Shown here: one piece after another, positions 52,968 to 62,456 of the stretch
How positions within the stretch are numbered: position 1 is the stretch's first letter
Layout of the letters: each line of letters starts with the position of its first letter
The notes under the pieces: generated by a model
Told to the model about the DNA's origin: nothing
Databases searched by the model: none
Seen by the model: the letters and a program-made list of their open reading frames with translations, nothing else
DNA from: an uncultured delta proteobacterium
GTDB lineage: Bacteria > Desulfobacterota > Syntrophorhabdia > Syntrophorhabdales > WCHB1-27
Reading direction: 5' to 3'
Length of the DNA: 64,000 bases
NCBI GenBank assembly: GCA_963810935.1
Contig: CAWEPK010000012.1
Location: forward strand, 160,001-224,000
Translations under genes and position numbers: made by a program

Positions 52968-53218
52968 AGACCACAGCCGCCCGGCTGCGGGAGGCATTAG
53001 GCCCGGCCTGAGATCCAAGGCCGAGGTCGCGTCTTGTCGGGCGAGACGCCTGTCTTTCCACTCAAGACTTCTGTCTTCCGCCGTAAGACCCGCCCTGCTC
53101 CGCTGCGCCATCTTTAGGCGCTTTTTCGCCGCTGTAACCATATGGGGCGAAAGGCACGCTTCTTGTAACAAGTCAGAGGATCGCACAAATAAAACCGGCC
53201 GGCGCCTAGCAGGAGAGC

Positions 53219-54061
53219 ATGCGGGTCTTCACTCGTCAGGGACGGAAACGCATTTTCGGAAGCCCGACGTCTTGCGCGGCAGCGGCCTTACTCTCTTTTC
53301 TCTTTGCCCTTCTTTCATGCCTTTTTTTATTTCCCACTCCGGCAGGCGCGGTCACAGAGCTCGGCCCTCCCGAACCGATGGCGCGCTACGGGAACTGGTC
53401 GGTCGCAGTGGGGGGCTTTTATTACGAAGACAAGCTAATCACGAAATCGCCGACCGTCTTCGAGAATACTAAAACGGTGCAAAACCGCCTCTACTTCGAA
53501 TACGTTGAAGCAACCTACGGCTTCCTGCCCAACTGGGAGGTTTACGCCCAGGCGGGGGACGTAGATGTGCGGGTCAAGCGCGCCTTTGAATACGAGGACT
53601 TCCAGGACACGAAACGTCCCTTCGGCCTGATGGGCTTCAGGGGGTCGGTTTACCAGAACGGGCGATTCTCGTTTGGGCCTTTTATCGAGGCGACCATCTA
53701 CAGCGATTACGACAGCCGCCTTTCAGGGATAGGCGCTGTCAACGGCCAAAGCGTCAACTTTACGGCAGACGTCCACTACCAGAACCCGTGGGACGCGACA
53801 GCAGGCGTAAGCGCCGTGTACAGAGAAAAGCGTTTCGCCGTGTACGGCGGCGCTTTTGGCTACGTGTACAGGGTAAGCATCACGGGCCCGGTCCAGAGCA
53901 CAACCTTCAACGGCAACCTCCACATCGACTACCAGGAAGAGACCAACGTCGGCGGCTACGTCGGCGTGCGCCTGCTGCTGCCGGAGGGCTTCAGCGCGGG
54001 CATCGAGGCCCAGTACAGGGAGAGGTATTCCTTCGGCGTCTCCCTGCATAAATCGTTCTGA
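53219..54061 (+). CDS. Putative outer-membrane beta-barrel protein
   Basis: Signal peptide; alternating aromatic/Gly beta strands; C-terminal Phe. Confidence 0.65.
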   Translation: MRVFTRQGRKRIFGSPTSCAAAALLSFLFALLSCLFLFPTPAGAVTELGPPEPMARYGNWSVAVGGFYYEDKLITKSPTVFENTKTVQNRLYFEYVEATYGFLPNWEVYAQAGDVDVRVKRAFEYEDFQDTKRPFGLMGFRGSVYQNGRFSFGPFIEATIYSDYDSRLSGIGAVNGQSVNFTADVHYQNPWDATAGVSAVYREKRFAVYGGAFGYVYRVSITGPVQSTTFNGNLHIDYQEETNVGGYVGVRLLLPEGFSAGIEAQYRERYSFGVSLHKSF

Positions 54062-54147
54062 CCGCAAAAACTCCTCCTTCTTCCGTTCCGCGCCTTTCGG
54101 CCTTCCTATTGACAACCGCCTTTCGGCCGTGAAACACTACGACGAGG

Positions 54148-55429
54148 GTGTGCATGCACTATGCGTGGGTCATAGCCGGCGCCGGGGCGGTCATCGTTCT
54201 CTTCGCGCACGGCCTGGCAAGGATGTCCTACGGGGTGATCCTTCCGTTCATGAAGGAGCAGCTCGCCCTCAACTTACACCCAGATCGGCCTGATTGCGAC
54301 GGGCAACTTCATAGGCTACCTGCTGTTTACAACGTTCGGCGGCTTTCTGGCGGCCCGCTTCGGCACCCGCAAGGTCATAACGATATCGCTCTTCATTACG
54401 GGTTTCTTCCTGTTCATCACCGGCTTCGCGAATTCTTTTTCATTCGCCTTCGTCGCCCGGCTGATAACGGGTATAGGCAACGGCGGCTGCTTCGTGCCGA
54501 TGATGAGTCTGCCCGCCGCCTGGTTCGTTGCGAGGAAGCGCGGCATGGCTATGGGTATAGTCAACATAGGGGTATGCATGGGCCTCGTCCTCTCCGGGTT
54601 CTTGCTGCCCTCCTGCATAAGCTTCTTCGGCGCCGAAGGGTGGCGCTGGGCGTGGCGCTTCATAGGCATCGGCGTCGTCGCCTGCGCCTTCCTTTGCTGG
54701 GTAGTCATAAGGAACAACCCGGCCGAGAAAGGGCTTTCCATGTACGGGGCATCGGCCGGCGACGCGCAGCCTCCCCAAGTGTTGACGCTTTTCGCCGCCT
54801 TCCGCCGCGTAGTCGGTGAAAAGGAGGTCTGGAAGCTTAGCTGCGTCTATCTGACCTACGGCTTTTCTTACATCATCTACGTGACGTTCTTCGTAGCCTT
54901 CCTTACGAAAGAGGCGGGGATGACCACTGCCCAGGCGGGCGCCATCTTTGCGACGATAGGCGTAATCGCCATTTTCGGCGGGCTCCTTACCGGCATGCTT
55001 TCAGACGTCATCGGCAGGCGGTATGCCTGCATCTGCGTTTACCTGACCCTCGCTCTCGCCTACGCCCTGCCCGCCTTCTTCAGCGGGAAGGCGATCTTTT
55101 ACGTGTCGGCGGTGCTGTTCGGCCTCGCCTTCTCCGTGCCGGTGCTCATGGCCGCCGCGGCGGGCGATGCGGTTGGCGGCCGGCTCGCCCCGGCAGCCCT
55201 TGGCCTCACCACGCTCGTTTTCGCCATCGGCCAGATATTCGGGCCTTACGTGGGCGGCTACATCAAGGACGCGACAGGCACGTTCACATATTCCTTCATG
55301 CTTTGCTCCGCCGTTGCCGTAGCAGGGGCGCTCTTCTCTTTGCTCCTTAAAAAGAAGGCACAACCGGAGACCGAAAGGGGCCTCGCCAAAAGAGGGCCGG
55401 ATGAGGAGAAATCGCCATCTTTGGCTTGA
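54148..55429 (+). CDS. MFS transporter, YbfB/YjiJ-like (apparent frameshift near 54272)
   Basis: GLARMSYGVILPFM, WF..RKRGMAMG, YGFSYIIY and SDVIGRR motifs. Confidence 0.82.
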
Positions 55430-55500
55430 CATTCCGTCTTGTTTATCCTACCGTCAAATAATAACGTCCACATTTTCCGAAAGAAATAACGGGGGGAGCC

Positions 55501-56520
55501 ATGGACAGTAGCAGAAGGGATTTTCTGAAGGGCGCGTGCGCCGTCGCAGTCGTGGCAGCGTCGCTGGGAGGCGTAAAGCCGAAAGAAGCGCACGCCGCAC
55601 CCGAAGCAGGGTCCAAAAGCGGACTGGCAACAGGCCTGACGCTCCTGACGATGAGCCACAGCGACGAATACCGCCTGGGCGCCAAAACTGAAAAGGGTGT
55701 CCTCGACGTGCACAAGGCGGCCACGCTGCTCCGTATGCGCGCCCCTGTCACGATGGACGATATGCTACAGAACGAGGAAGGGGCAGCCGTGAACGCAGTC
55801 GTGGCGGCAGCCCTCAAGTCGGAATCCGCGCGGACTGCCTTCGCCCCTGAGTACACCGTCGGTTACGGACCGGTAGTTACGCGGCCGGAGAAGATCATCT
55901 GCGTCGACCTCAACTACAGGCGGCACGCGGCGGAAGTCGGCGCGCCCATACCGAAGGCGCCCGTTCTCTTCAACAAATACAATACCGCCCTCAACTGTCA
56001 CAAGGGCTTCATAAAGCTGCCGGTGGAGGTCGCGAAGAAATTCGACTACGAGTGCGAGCTGGTCATCGTAATGGGACGCACGGCGAAGAATGTAAGCGAG
56101 GCGGACGCCCTGTCATACGTCGCCGGCTACTGCACGGGTAACGACTTCACCGCCCGCGACCTCCAGAACGAGATGGGCGGCCAGTGGATGCTCGGCAAGA
56201 CGCCGGACCAGTTCGCCCCGCTCGGGCCTTACCTCGTCACTGCCGACCAGGTCGACCCCGATAAGCTGAAGGTCGAGCTGCGCGTCAACGGCGAGCTCCG
56301 CCAGTCGTCGAACACGAGCGACATGATCTTCAACACCCGGAAGATAATCAGCTTCATCTCCCGGTATATCACAATGAAGCCGGGGGACATCATCTTCACG
56401 GGCACGCCGGAAGGCGTGATCGCGGGCAAGCCGCCTGCCCACCAGGTATGGCTAAAGCCCGGCGACAAGATCGCGTGCAGCCTCGAAAAGCTGGGCGAGC
56501 TGCGGTTTGACCTGACATAG
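55501..56520 (+). CDS. Fumarylacetoacetate hydrolase-family protein with a twin-arginine signal
   Basis: SRRDFLKG; KIICV.LNY, DYECEL, NDFTARDLQ and GDIIFTGTPEG motifs. Confidence 0.9.
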   Translation: MDSSRRDFLKGACAVAVVAASLGGVKPKEAHAAPEAGSKSGLATGLTLLTMSHSDEYRLGAKTEKGVLDVHKAATLLRMRAPVTMDDMLQNEEGAAVNAVVAAALKSESARTAFAPEYTVGYGPVVTRPEKIICVDLNYRRHAAEVGAPIPKAPVLFNKYNTALNCHKGFIKLPVEVAKKFDYECELVIVMGRTAKNVSEADALSYVAGYCTGNDFTARDLQNEMGGQWMLGKTPDQFAPLGPYLVTADQVDPDKLKVELRVNGELRQSSNTSDMIFNTRKIISFISRYITMKPGDIIFTGTPEGVIAGKPPAHQVWLKPGDKIACSLEKLGELRFDLT

Positions 56521-56668
56521 GGAATCGATCACCGCTTAGGTCTGTTTTGCATCTTTCCGGCGCAAACCGGCATGGAAAGTCACGTCAGGTTGCAGCCGGC
56601 CTTCCGGGTAATTACACTTAGACAAACAGCTACGGTCTTCATATACGTCCGACAACGGAGGTCGCAAG

Positions 56669-58099
56669 ACGGCTTCACCCTTCAGGCTGCTCATAGTCCG
56701 CCTGCCATGCAGGAAAATCTATCCGGTGGGGCCGGTCTACGTCGCATCCGCGATCCGGCGGGCCGCGCCCGACCTGCCTGTACGCCTGCTCGACCTGGCG
56801 GCAGTGCAGGCTGCGCCATCAGCCAAAAGGCGTCTTCTTGCTACGGTGATACGCGAATTCCGGCCGGACGCGATCGCCTTCTCCTGGCGTGACCTCCAGG
56901 TCTTTGCCCCACAGGACATGGACCACGGACTAAGGCACGCCTTCACGTTCTTTTACGACCCGTCGCTTACAAGGAGAGCCGCCGCAGCCGTCGCGGGCCT
57001 CGGCGACATCATTCATTACAAAAGCGCCCTTTCCGAAGGGCTTAGCCTCATGCGGGCAGCCTGCGCAGCAGCCCCGGCAGCGCAAATTGCCGCAGGCGGG
57101 CCGGCGATAACAATATTCGGAGACCAGCTCAAGCCGCGCGTGCCCGCGCAGGTACGCCTGATCTCCGACCTGCCGGAGCTCTTCCCTTTCCTCGGCCTTA
57201 CCCCCCCGGACGACCCCTTCGAGCCGATGCTCGACCTTTCGGCGATCGAGCAGGTCTTCCCGCAGTGGACCGCTTATACGGACAACGAGATAGGCGTGCA
57301 GACGAAACGCGGCTGCCCACAGCATTGCCTGTACTGCCTCTATGGCTACCTCGAAGGCAGGCAGGTGAGGCGCAGGCCGCCGGAGCGCGTCGTGCAGGAG
57401 ATCGCCGGCTACTGCGAAAGGTGGGGTACGCGCCGCTTCTGGCTTGCGGACGCGCAGCTCCTCTCGGGTCCTGCCGATGAAAACCACCTGTCGGAGCTTC
57501 TCGGCCGCGTCATCAGTCGCAGGCTCGACCTGACGTGGTCCGGCTATATCAGGGTCAACGGATTGAAAGAACGACTCGCGCGGCTCATGGTCGAATCGGG
57601 CCTGTGGGACATCGAGGTAGCCCTCAACTCAGGCGCACAGGGCGTGCTCGACGAGCTTCGGATGGGCTTTTCCGCCGATGACGTAATTGCGGGGCTCGCC
57701 GCGCTTGCGCAGGCAGGCTACAGGGGGAAGGTGAAGCTCGATATCTCCCTGAACAGCCCAGGCGAGACGGAAGATACGCTCCGCGAGACGATAAGCGTCG
57801 TCCGGAGGATAAAGGCAATGTTCGGCCCGGACCGCGTACTCCCCGTCATTTTCTTCCTCGCAGTCCAGCCGCACACCGGCCTGGAGAAGAGGGCCCTCGC
57901 GGACGGCGCGCTGAAGGCAGGATACGACCCGTTGAGCGTCTGGCCCTGGGACGTGCGCAAGCTGATCTACAACCCCCCGCCGCTCGATGCCGTCATAGGA
58001 CGCTCGTGCGCCCTTGCCTTCCGCAATCAGGCGTCCGAGTGCGGAGACGTTATCATGCAAAACCTGGAAGCGGCCCTTTTCGGCCAAGGAGGTGCTTAA
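56669..58099 (+). CDS. B12-binding-like radical SAM protein resembling the cyanobacterial Slr0320 family
   Basis: LIVRLPCRKIYPVGPVY, FSWRDLQVFAP, GVQTKRGCPQHCLYCLY (CxxxCxxC) and LAVQPHTGLE; family assignment is from recalled motifs, not a search. Confidence 0.78.
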   Translation, partial: TASPFRLLIVRLPCRKIYPVGPVYVASAIRRAAPDLPVRLLDLAAVQAAPSAKRRLLATVIREFRPDAIAFSWRDLQVFAPQDMDHGLRHAFTFFYDPSLTRRAAAAVAGLGDIIHYKSALSEGLSLMRAACAAAPAAQIAAGGPAITIFGDQLKPRVPAQVRLISDLPELFPFLGLTPPDDPFEPMLDLSAIEQVFPQWTAYTDNEIGVQTKRGCPQHCLYCLYGYLEGRQVRRRPPERVVQEIAGYCERWGTRRFWLADAQLLSGPADENHLSELLGRVISRRLDLTWSGYIRVNGLKERLARLMVESGLWDIEVALNSGAQGVLDELRMGFSADDVIAGLAALAQAGYRGKVKLDISLNSPGETEDTLRETISVVRRIKAMFGPDRVLPVIFFLAVQPHTGLEKRALADGALKAGYDPLSVWPWDVRKLIYNPPPLDAVIGRSCALAFRNQASECGDVIMQNLEAALFGQGGA

Positions 58100-59021
58100 A
58101 TGCCGGGCACAGGCATTGTCGCCGGTAAGGTAAAGGTCTATTTCGGCTTCTCGCGGATGTCCCATTCGGTGCTCGATATCGGCCACCCGGCAGTGGCGGC
58201 GCTGCTCATGCTTGGGCGCATGGCCGCACTACCCTACGCTCATACTCGGCCTCGTCGCCGCCTTTTCCGGTTACACGGCCGTCTTCGCCCTCAACGACCT
58301 GATGGACTTCAAGGTGGACACTGAACGGATCGAGCAGGCGCGCAGGGACTTCACCGCCTTCGACCTGGACGTACTCGGCGTCCGCCACCCCATCGCGCAA
58401 AAAGTGCTCACTTTCCGGCAGGGCCTTGCCTGGGTGCTCTTCTGGGGCATCATCTCCCTCGCCGCCGCCTTCATGCTCAGCCCCCTTTGCTTCCTCATGC
58501 TGCTCATCTCTATCGGGTTGGAGATGACTTACTGCGCCCTGCTGCGGTTAAGCCACTGGAAGGCCGCGCTCTCCGGTCTGATGGTGGGGGCCGGGGCGCT
58601 CGCGGGCGTCTTCGCGGTCGACAACACGCCGTCTATCTCTTTCAGCTTCCTGATATTCATGTGGTCGTTCTGCTGGGAGGTAGGGGCGCGGAATATCCCG
58701 AACGACTGGACCGACCTTGAGGAGGACACGCACCTGGGGATAAGGACGTTCCCCGTTCGCTACGGCCGGGCAATCTCTGCGCGGGTATCCTTCTGCCTAA
58801 CATCACTTGCAGTGCTCGCCAGCGTCCTGCTCCCCGTCTACGGCTCCTGTTCGAACCCGGTGCTCTACGAGGCCGGGGCCCTTGCCGCCGGCGCTTTCCT
58901 GATGGTGGGGCCTGCGCTCAAATGGCTCCGCGAAGGCACGGTAACAAGCGCCATAGCGCTGTTCAACCGGGCGTGCTTTTATCCGGCGGCCATGCTGGGT
59001 ATCGCGATAATAGCTATATAG
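58100..59021 (+). CDS. UbiA-family prenyltransferase (apparent frameshift near 58212)
   Basis: Asp-rich motifs NDLMDFKVD and NDWTDLEED..LG; multiple TM segments; ATG directly follows the radical SAM stop. Confidence 0.85.
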
Positions 59022-59461
59022 CAAGTATGTGAGGGCGGCCGGGATTAATTTCGCGCCTTTCGCGTCGTTTTCCCAGGCGCGAGCTCTCACTTGCCACCCG
59101 CCCGACCGCCTGGCGATGCCGCAAGCTTGGAGCGCGGGTACCCGGCTACCGTTTTATATGCTCCGGCTCGCTTCCTCGAAAAGCAACACGAAATCCATCG
59201 AAAATCTCCCGTCTGCCGAAGAGTTTGGCACCTCTTACACCTACGAGGCGTTGAGTTGGCGGTTAGGCTGGAACAAGGATTACCGCAGGAAAGGGCGATC
59301 CTCCACCGGACAGACAACATATAGAGCCAAGTCCTCATCTCCTTTGGAGTTACTTGTTTACGGCTGTCCGCTATTCCCCCCTTTCACGGTTGCTTCAGCA
59401 TGAGACTCGATTCTTCTTTTTTGGTCCGCTCTCACATGAATTTACTTTTCCGGACCCACCG

Positions 59462-59479
59462 CTGTAGCAATCGCTACAG
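59462..59479. promoter_or_regulatory. Candidate Crp/Fnr-family operator (GTA-N8-TAC type)
   Basis: Perfect inverted repeat CTGTAGC-aatc-GCTACAG; TATAAT at 59503-59508; AGGAGG RBS of the next gene. Confidence 0.6.
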
Positions 59480-59549
59480 ACGCCGTCGATCTTTCGATGT
59501 TTTATAATATCCATGGGATTGCAGGCCCACTATCTATAAGGAGGAACCA

Positions 59550-59969
59550 ATGTCGACGGACCTGAAAGCGTATTTCAACAAGATGCCCCGGTTGGGGTTT
59601 CTTGCCACTGCGGGCAAGGACGGAAAGATACATGCCGCCTACTTCGGATCGGCGCAGATGATAGACGAAAAAACGATATTCATGGGCTGCGGCAAGAACC
59701 GGACCTTTTCTTATCTCCAGGAGAATCCTTACGCTCTATTCGCTATTATGGAGCCCGGTCAGACCCCGCCCGAATGGAAGGGAGTAAGGATTTATCTGAG
59801 AATGACTGAGTGTCAGACGTCCGGCGAGAGGCTCGATTCTTTGAAGGCCCAGCTTAGGGCAAAAGCGGGAGAGTCCGCCGCGAACATGATGCACGCAGCC
59901 ATCACCTTTGAGGTACAGGAGGTAAGACCCTTCGCCGACTTCGGACAGGGCTGGGAGAAATCGATATAG
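59550..59969 (+). CDS. Pyridoxamine 5'-phosphate oxidase-like FMN-binding protein
   Basis: FLATAGKDG..HAA, NRT...LQENPYA and KGVRIYL pattern; strong RBS. Confidence 0.78.
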   Translation: MSTDLKAYFNKMPRLGFLATAGKDGKIHAAYFGSAQMIDEKTIFMGCGKNRTFSYLQENPYALFAIMEPGQTPPEWKGVRIYLRMTECQTSGERLDSLKAQLRAKAGESAANMMHAAITFEVQEVRPFADFGQGWEKSI

Positions 59970-60201
59970 GCCAAGCCGCACGGAAAGGCGAGTCATGCCG
60001 GCCATTCTAATCGCCTATAGGATCCTGGAGAAGGAGATCGTCCATTCTCTCCCACCGGATGCCAACGAAGATCGATCTGGCCATATTTCGTGAACTCCTT
60101 TCGAACCTTCTCGACGAGACGAGCAGCAAGGCACGGGCAGGTAAGCAGCGGATAACGGTAGGTAGGTGCGGCCCTTGTGCTATAATGAAGCGGGAGGCCC
60201 G

Positions 60202-60910
60202 GTGAGAGAGAAAAAGCCTTTATGCCCTTGCACCGAGATACCCGTCTCGGGGACCAGTTCGGGGTTGTGCCTGGGGCGCGTCTGGCTCTTCGAGAGCCTC
60301 GAGCCTCCTGATTTGCAGGCCCTCATAGGTTCGGCGGTGAGGAACGTCTATGCGCCGGGCCAGCCGATTTTCGTTCAGGCCAATCCTACCGACCGGATGT
60401 TCCTCATCAAGGCAGGGAGGGTTAGGCTGAGCAAGCTCCTTGAAGACGGAACGGAGCTTACCCTCGACATAAGGAAAGCGGGCGATTTCCTGGGCGAGAA
60501 CATGCTCGGGGAAGAGACCGTCTACCCGGTGACGGCATTGTGCATGGAGGAGACCCTGACCTGCGGATTTACGAAGGAAGGGTTCGAGAAGCTGGTCCTT
60601 GGCCACCCGCGCATCGGACTTCAGGTAATGAGAAATCTGAGCAAGCGCATATCATCTCTGTCCAGCCGCATAGAGGCCATGTCCCTCACCCACCTGAGCG
60701 AGCGCCTGTACCAGGTGCTTCGCCACGTGGCGCTGGAACACGGGGTCAAAAGCCAGGCCGGTCTGGTCATAGAGTTCCCCCTCACCCATGATGACCTCGG
60801 CGTTCCTCGTTGGCGCCCACCGGGTGAGCGTCACGAGGGCGCTCAAGGAATTGAAAAGAACGGGGAGCGTCTCCCAGCAGAAGAGACGCCTGGTGGTACG
60901 GGGGGATTAA
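60202..60910 (+). CDS. Crp/Fnr-family transcriptional regulator with a Cys-rich N-terminus (apparent frameshift near 60801)
   Basis: cNMP-binding fold (GRVRL, GDFLGE); HTH LTHDDLGFLVGAHRVSVTRAL after a one-base shift. Confidence 0.88.
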
Positions 60911-60922
60911 AAAGGAGGTTCT

Positions 60923-61390
60923 ATGGGAGAAGTCATCCACACATCGCGCATCAGGATCGTGAGGGAGAAGGGCCCCACGCGGAAGGCAGTCATAGAGGGG
61001 TTCAACGAGCCGGTATACTACGGCGTCCATAGCGGCATCAAGAAGTTCTACGGCGTCGAACCGGAGAAGGAATATCCCGCCACCCTCGATCATATCATCG
61101 CCGCTACGGCCGGCTGAATGATGGGAACACTGGCCGCGGCGCTGGCCAGAAAAGAGATAAACACGAGGGGCGACCTTTACCGGGCAGAAGTAGAGGGTGA
61201 CATAGAGAACGTTAACGGAGTATTGAAGATCACTCAGATTCGAGTCGACTACCACTTGACGGCAAAAGACGAAAAGGCGCAAGGGGCCCGCGATGCCTTT
61301 GCCTCCTACATTGCCTCATGCCCTGCCGCCCAAAGCGTGATCGGCTGCATTGGTATAAAGGACAACCTGATCTTTCACGCAGAGAACTGA
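60923..61390 (+). CDS. OsmC-like selenoprotein (Sec at TGA 61115-61117)
   Basis: Two in-frame ORFs joined by one TGA: TLDHIIAATAG-U-MMGTLAAAL...SCPAAQSV, the OsmC/Ohr two-Cys layout; hairpin follows. Confidence 0.88.
61130..61149 (+). promoter_or_regulatory. Candidate bacterial SECIS hairpin
   Basis: CTGGCC-GCGGCGCT-GGCCAG starting 12 nt after UGA. Confidence 0.6.
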
Positions 61391-61422
61391 CAAACCCGGA
61401 AGGGAAGAACAAGGAGACACGA

Positions 61423-62121
61423 ATGGAAGCGTTCGGCAGGAGTTTTCTCGACGAAATGAAGGCGCGGTTCGAGATTGATCTGGCTGGGGTGACGACCATC
61501 GAGAGCGCCCGTTCCCCGGAGTTGGAGAAGAGGGTTCATCCCCTCCTGCCCACTGCGCGGTCGGTCGTGGTCTTTGCCAAGGAGATATACTCTGAAGTCG
61601 TAGACCTACTGAGGCCTTCAAACGAGGCCGGCGAGGCGCACGGCGGGGTACTCCTACCCGTGCATTCGGAGTACCTAAACGGAAGGCTCAACAGGGGAGT
61701 GCATGAGCTGGCCGTACACTTCCGGCGACGAGGTTATCGCTCCCTGCCCCTTCCCGCCGTCGCCCCAACAGACCCGCGTTTCTTGGAAGCCCTTATCTCG
61801 TACAAGCACGTCGCAGAGCTCGCCGGCATGGGAAAGATCGGTTGGCACAGCCTGTTGATCACGGAGGAGTTTGGGCCACGGGTCAGGCTCGCCTGCCTGC
61901 TCACTGAGGCCGACATGGAGCCCTCGCCCCGCACCTTCGACGATCTCTGCTCGGGGTGCGGCGCCTGTGTGACACACTGCCCCGCAAAATCTTTGGAGGT
62001 TCCCGCTAATGACACGGCCTATGCCATGAACAAGTTCTCTTGCCGCGCATATCGACAGGCAGGGCTCACCTGCTCCGTCTGCATGAAGGTTTGCGATGAG
62101 GCCCTGGGCGGGCGACGGTAA
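61423..62121 (+). CDS. QueG/reductive-dehalogenase-like Fe-S protein
   Basis: SYKHVAELAGMGKIG...GPRVRL, CSGCGACVTHCP and C..CSVCMKVC motifs. Confidence 0.82.
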   Translation: MEAFGRSFLDEMKARFEIDLAGVTTIESARSPELEKRVHPLLPTARSVVVFAKEIYSEVVDLLRPSNEAGEAHGGVLLPVHSEYLNGRLNRGVHELAVHFRRRGYRSLPLPAVAPTDPRFLEALISYKHVAELAGMGKIGWHSLLITEEFGPRVRLACLLTEADMEPSPRTFDDLCSGCGACVTHCPAKSLEVPANDTAYAMNKFSCRAYRQAGLTCSVCMKVCDEALGGRR

Positions 62122-62344
62122 TGGCCTTTGCTTCTTTGTTCTTAAATTAGAGAAGTTTACCAGAGAGCCAAATCTTACTTGGCATGGGCTATATCTGCCA
62201 CCGATTGCCACTGGAACCGTTCATCTTCTCTGTTGAGGGGGCAATAAACGCCTTCAGGAAGAAGCAACTGAAAACCGCTTTACCGAAAAAGGGGCCGGAA
62301 GGTTTTCGTCGGGGCACCCGCCCGACGTGAGGAGGGGAGGGTCG

Positions 62345-62425
62345 TTCGCGTTGTTTTTCGAAGGCGCGCGGCGGAGCGTACTCTTTGTGTACGTGAGCAC
62401 GCCGCGCCAAGAAAAACAACGCGAA
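62345..62425. repeat. Long palindromic element with a CGTAC..GTACG apex
   Basis: TTCGCGTTGTTTTTC...GAAAAACAACGCGAA outer stem, GCGCGGCG/CGCCGCGC inner stem, apex GCGTACtctttgtGTACGT. Confidence 0.75.
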
Positions 62426-62456
62426 AGGCGCGGAAAGATCCCGGCCCCCCACCCTC

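Noticed and set aside
59029..59403. Small ORFs between ubiA and the flavoprotein gene
   Set aside because: No RBS or motif support was found; treated as intergenic or degraded sequence.
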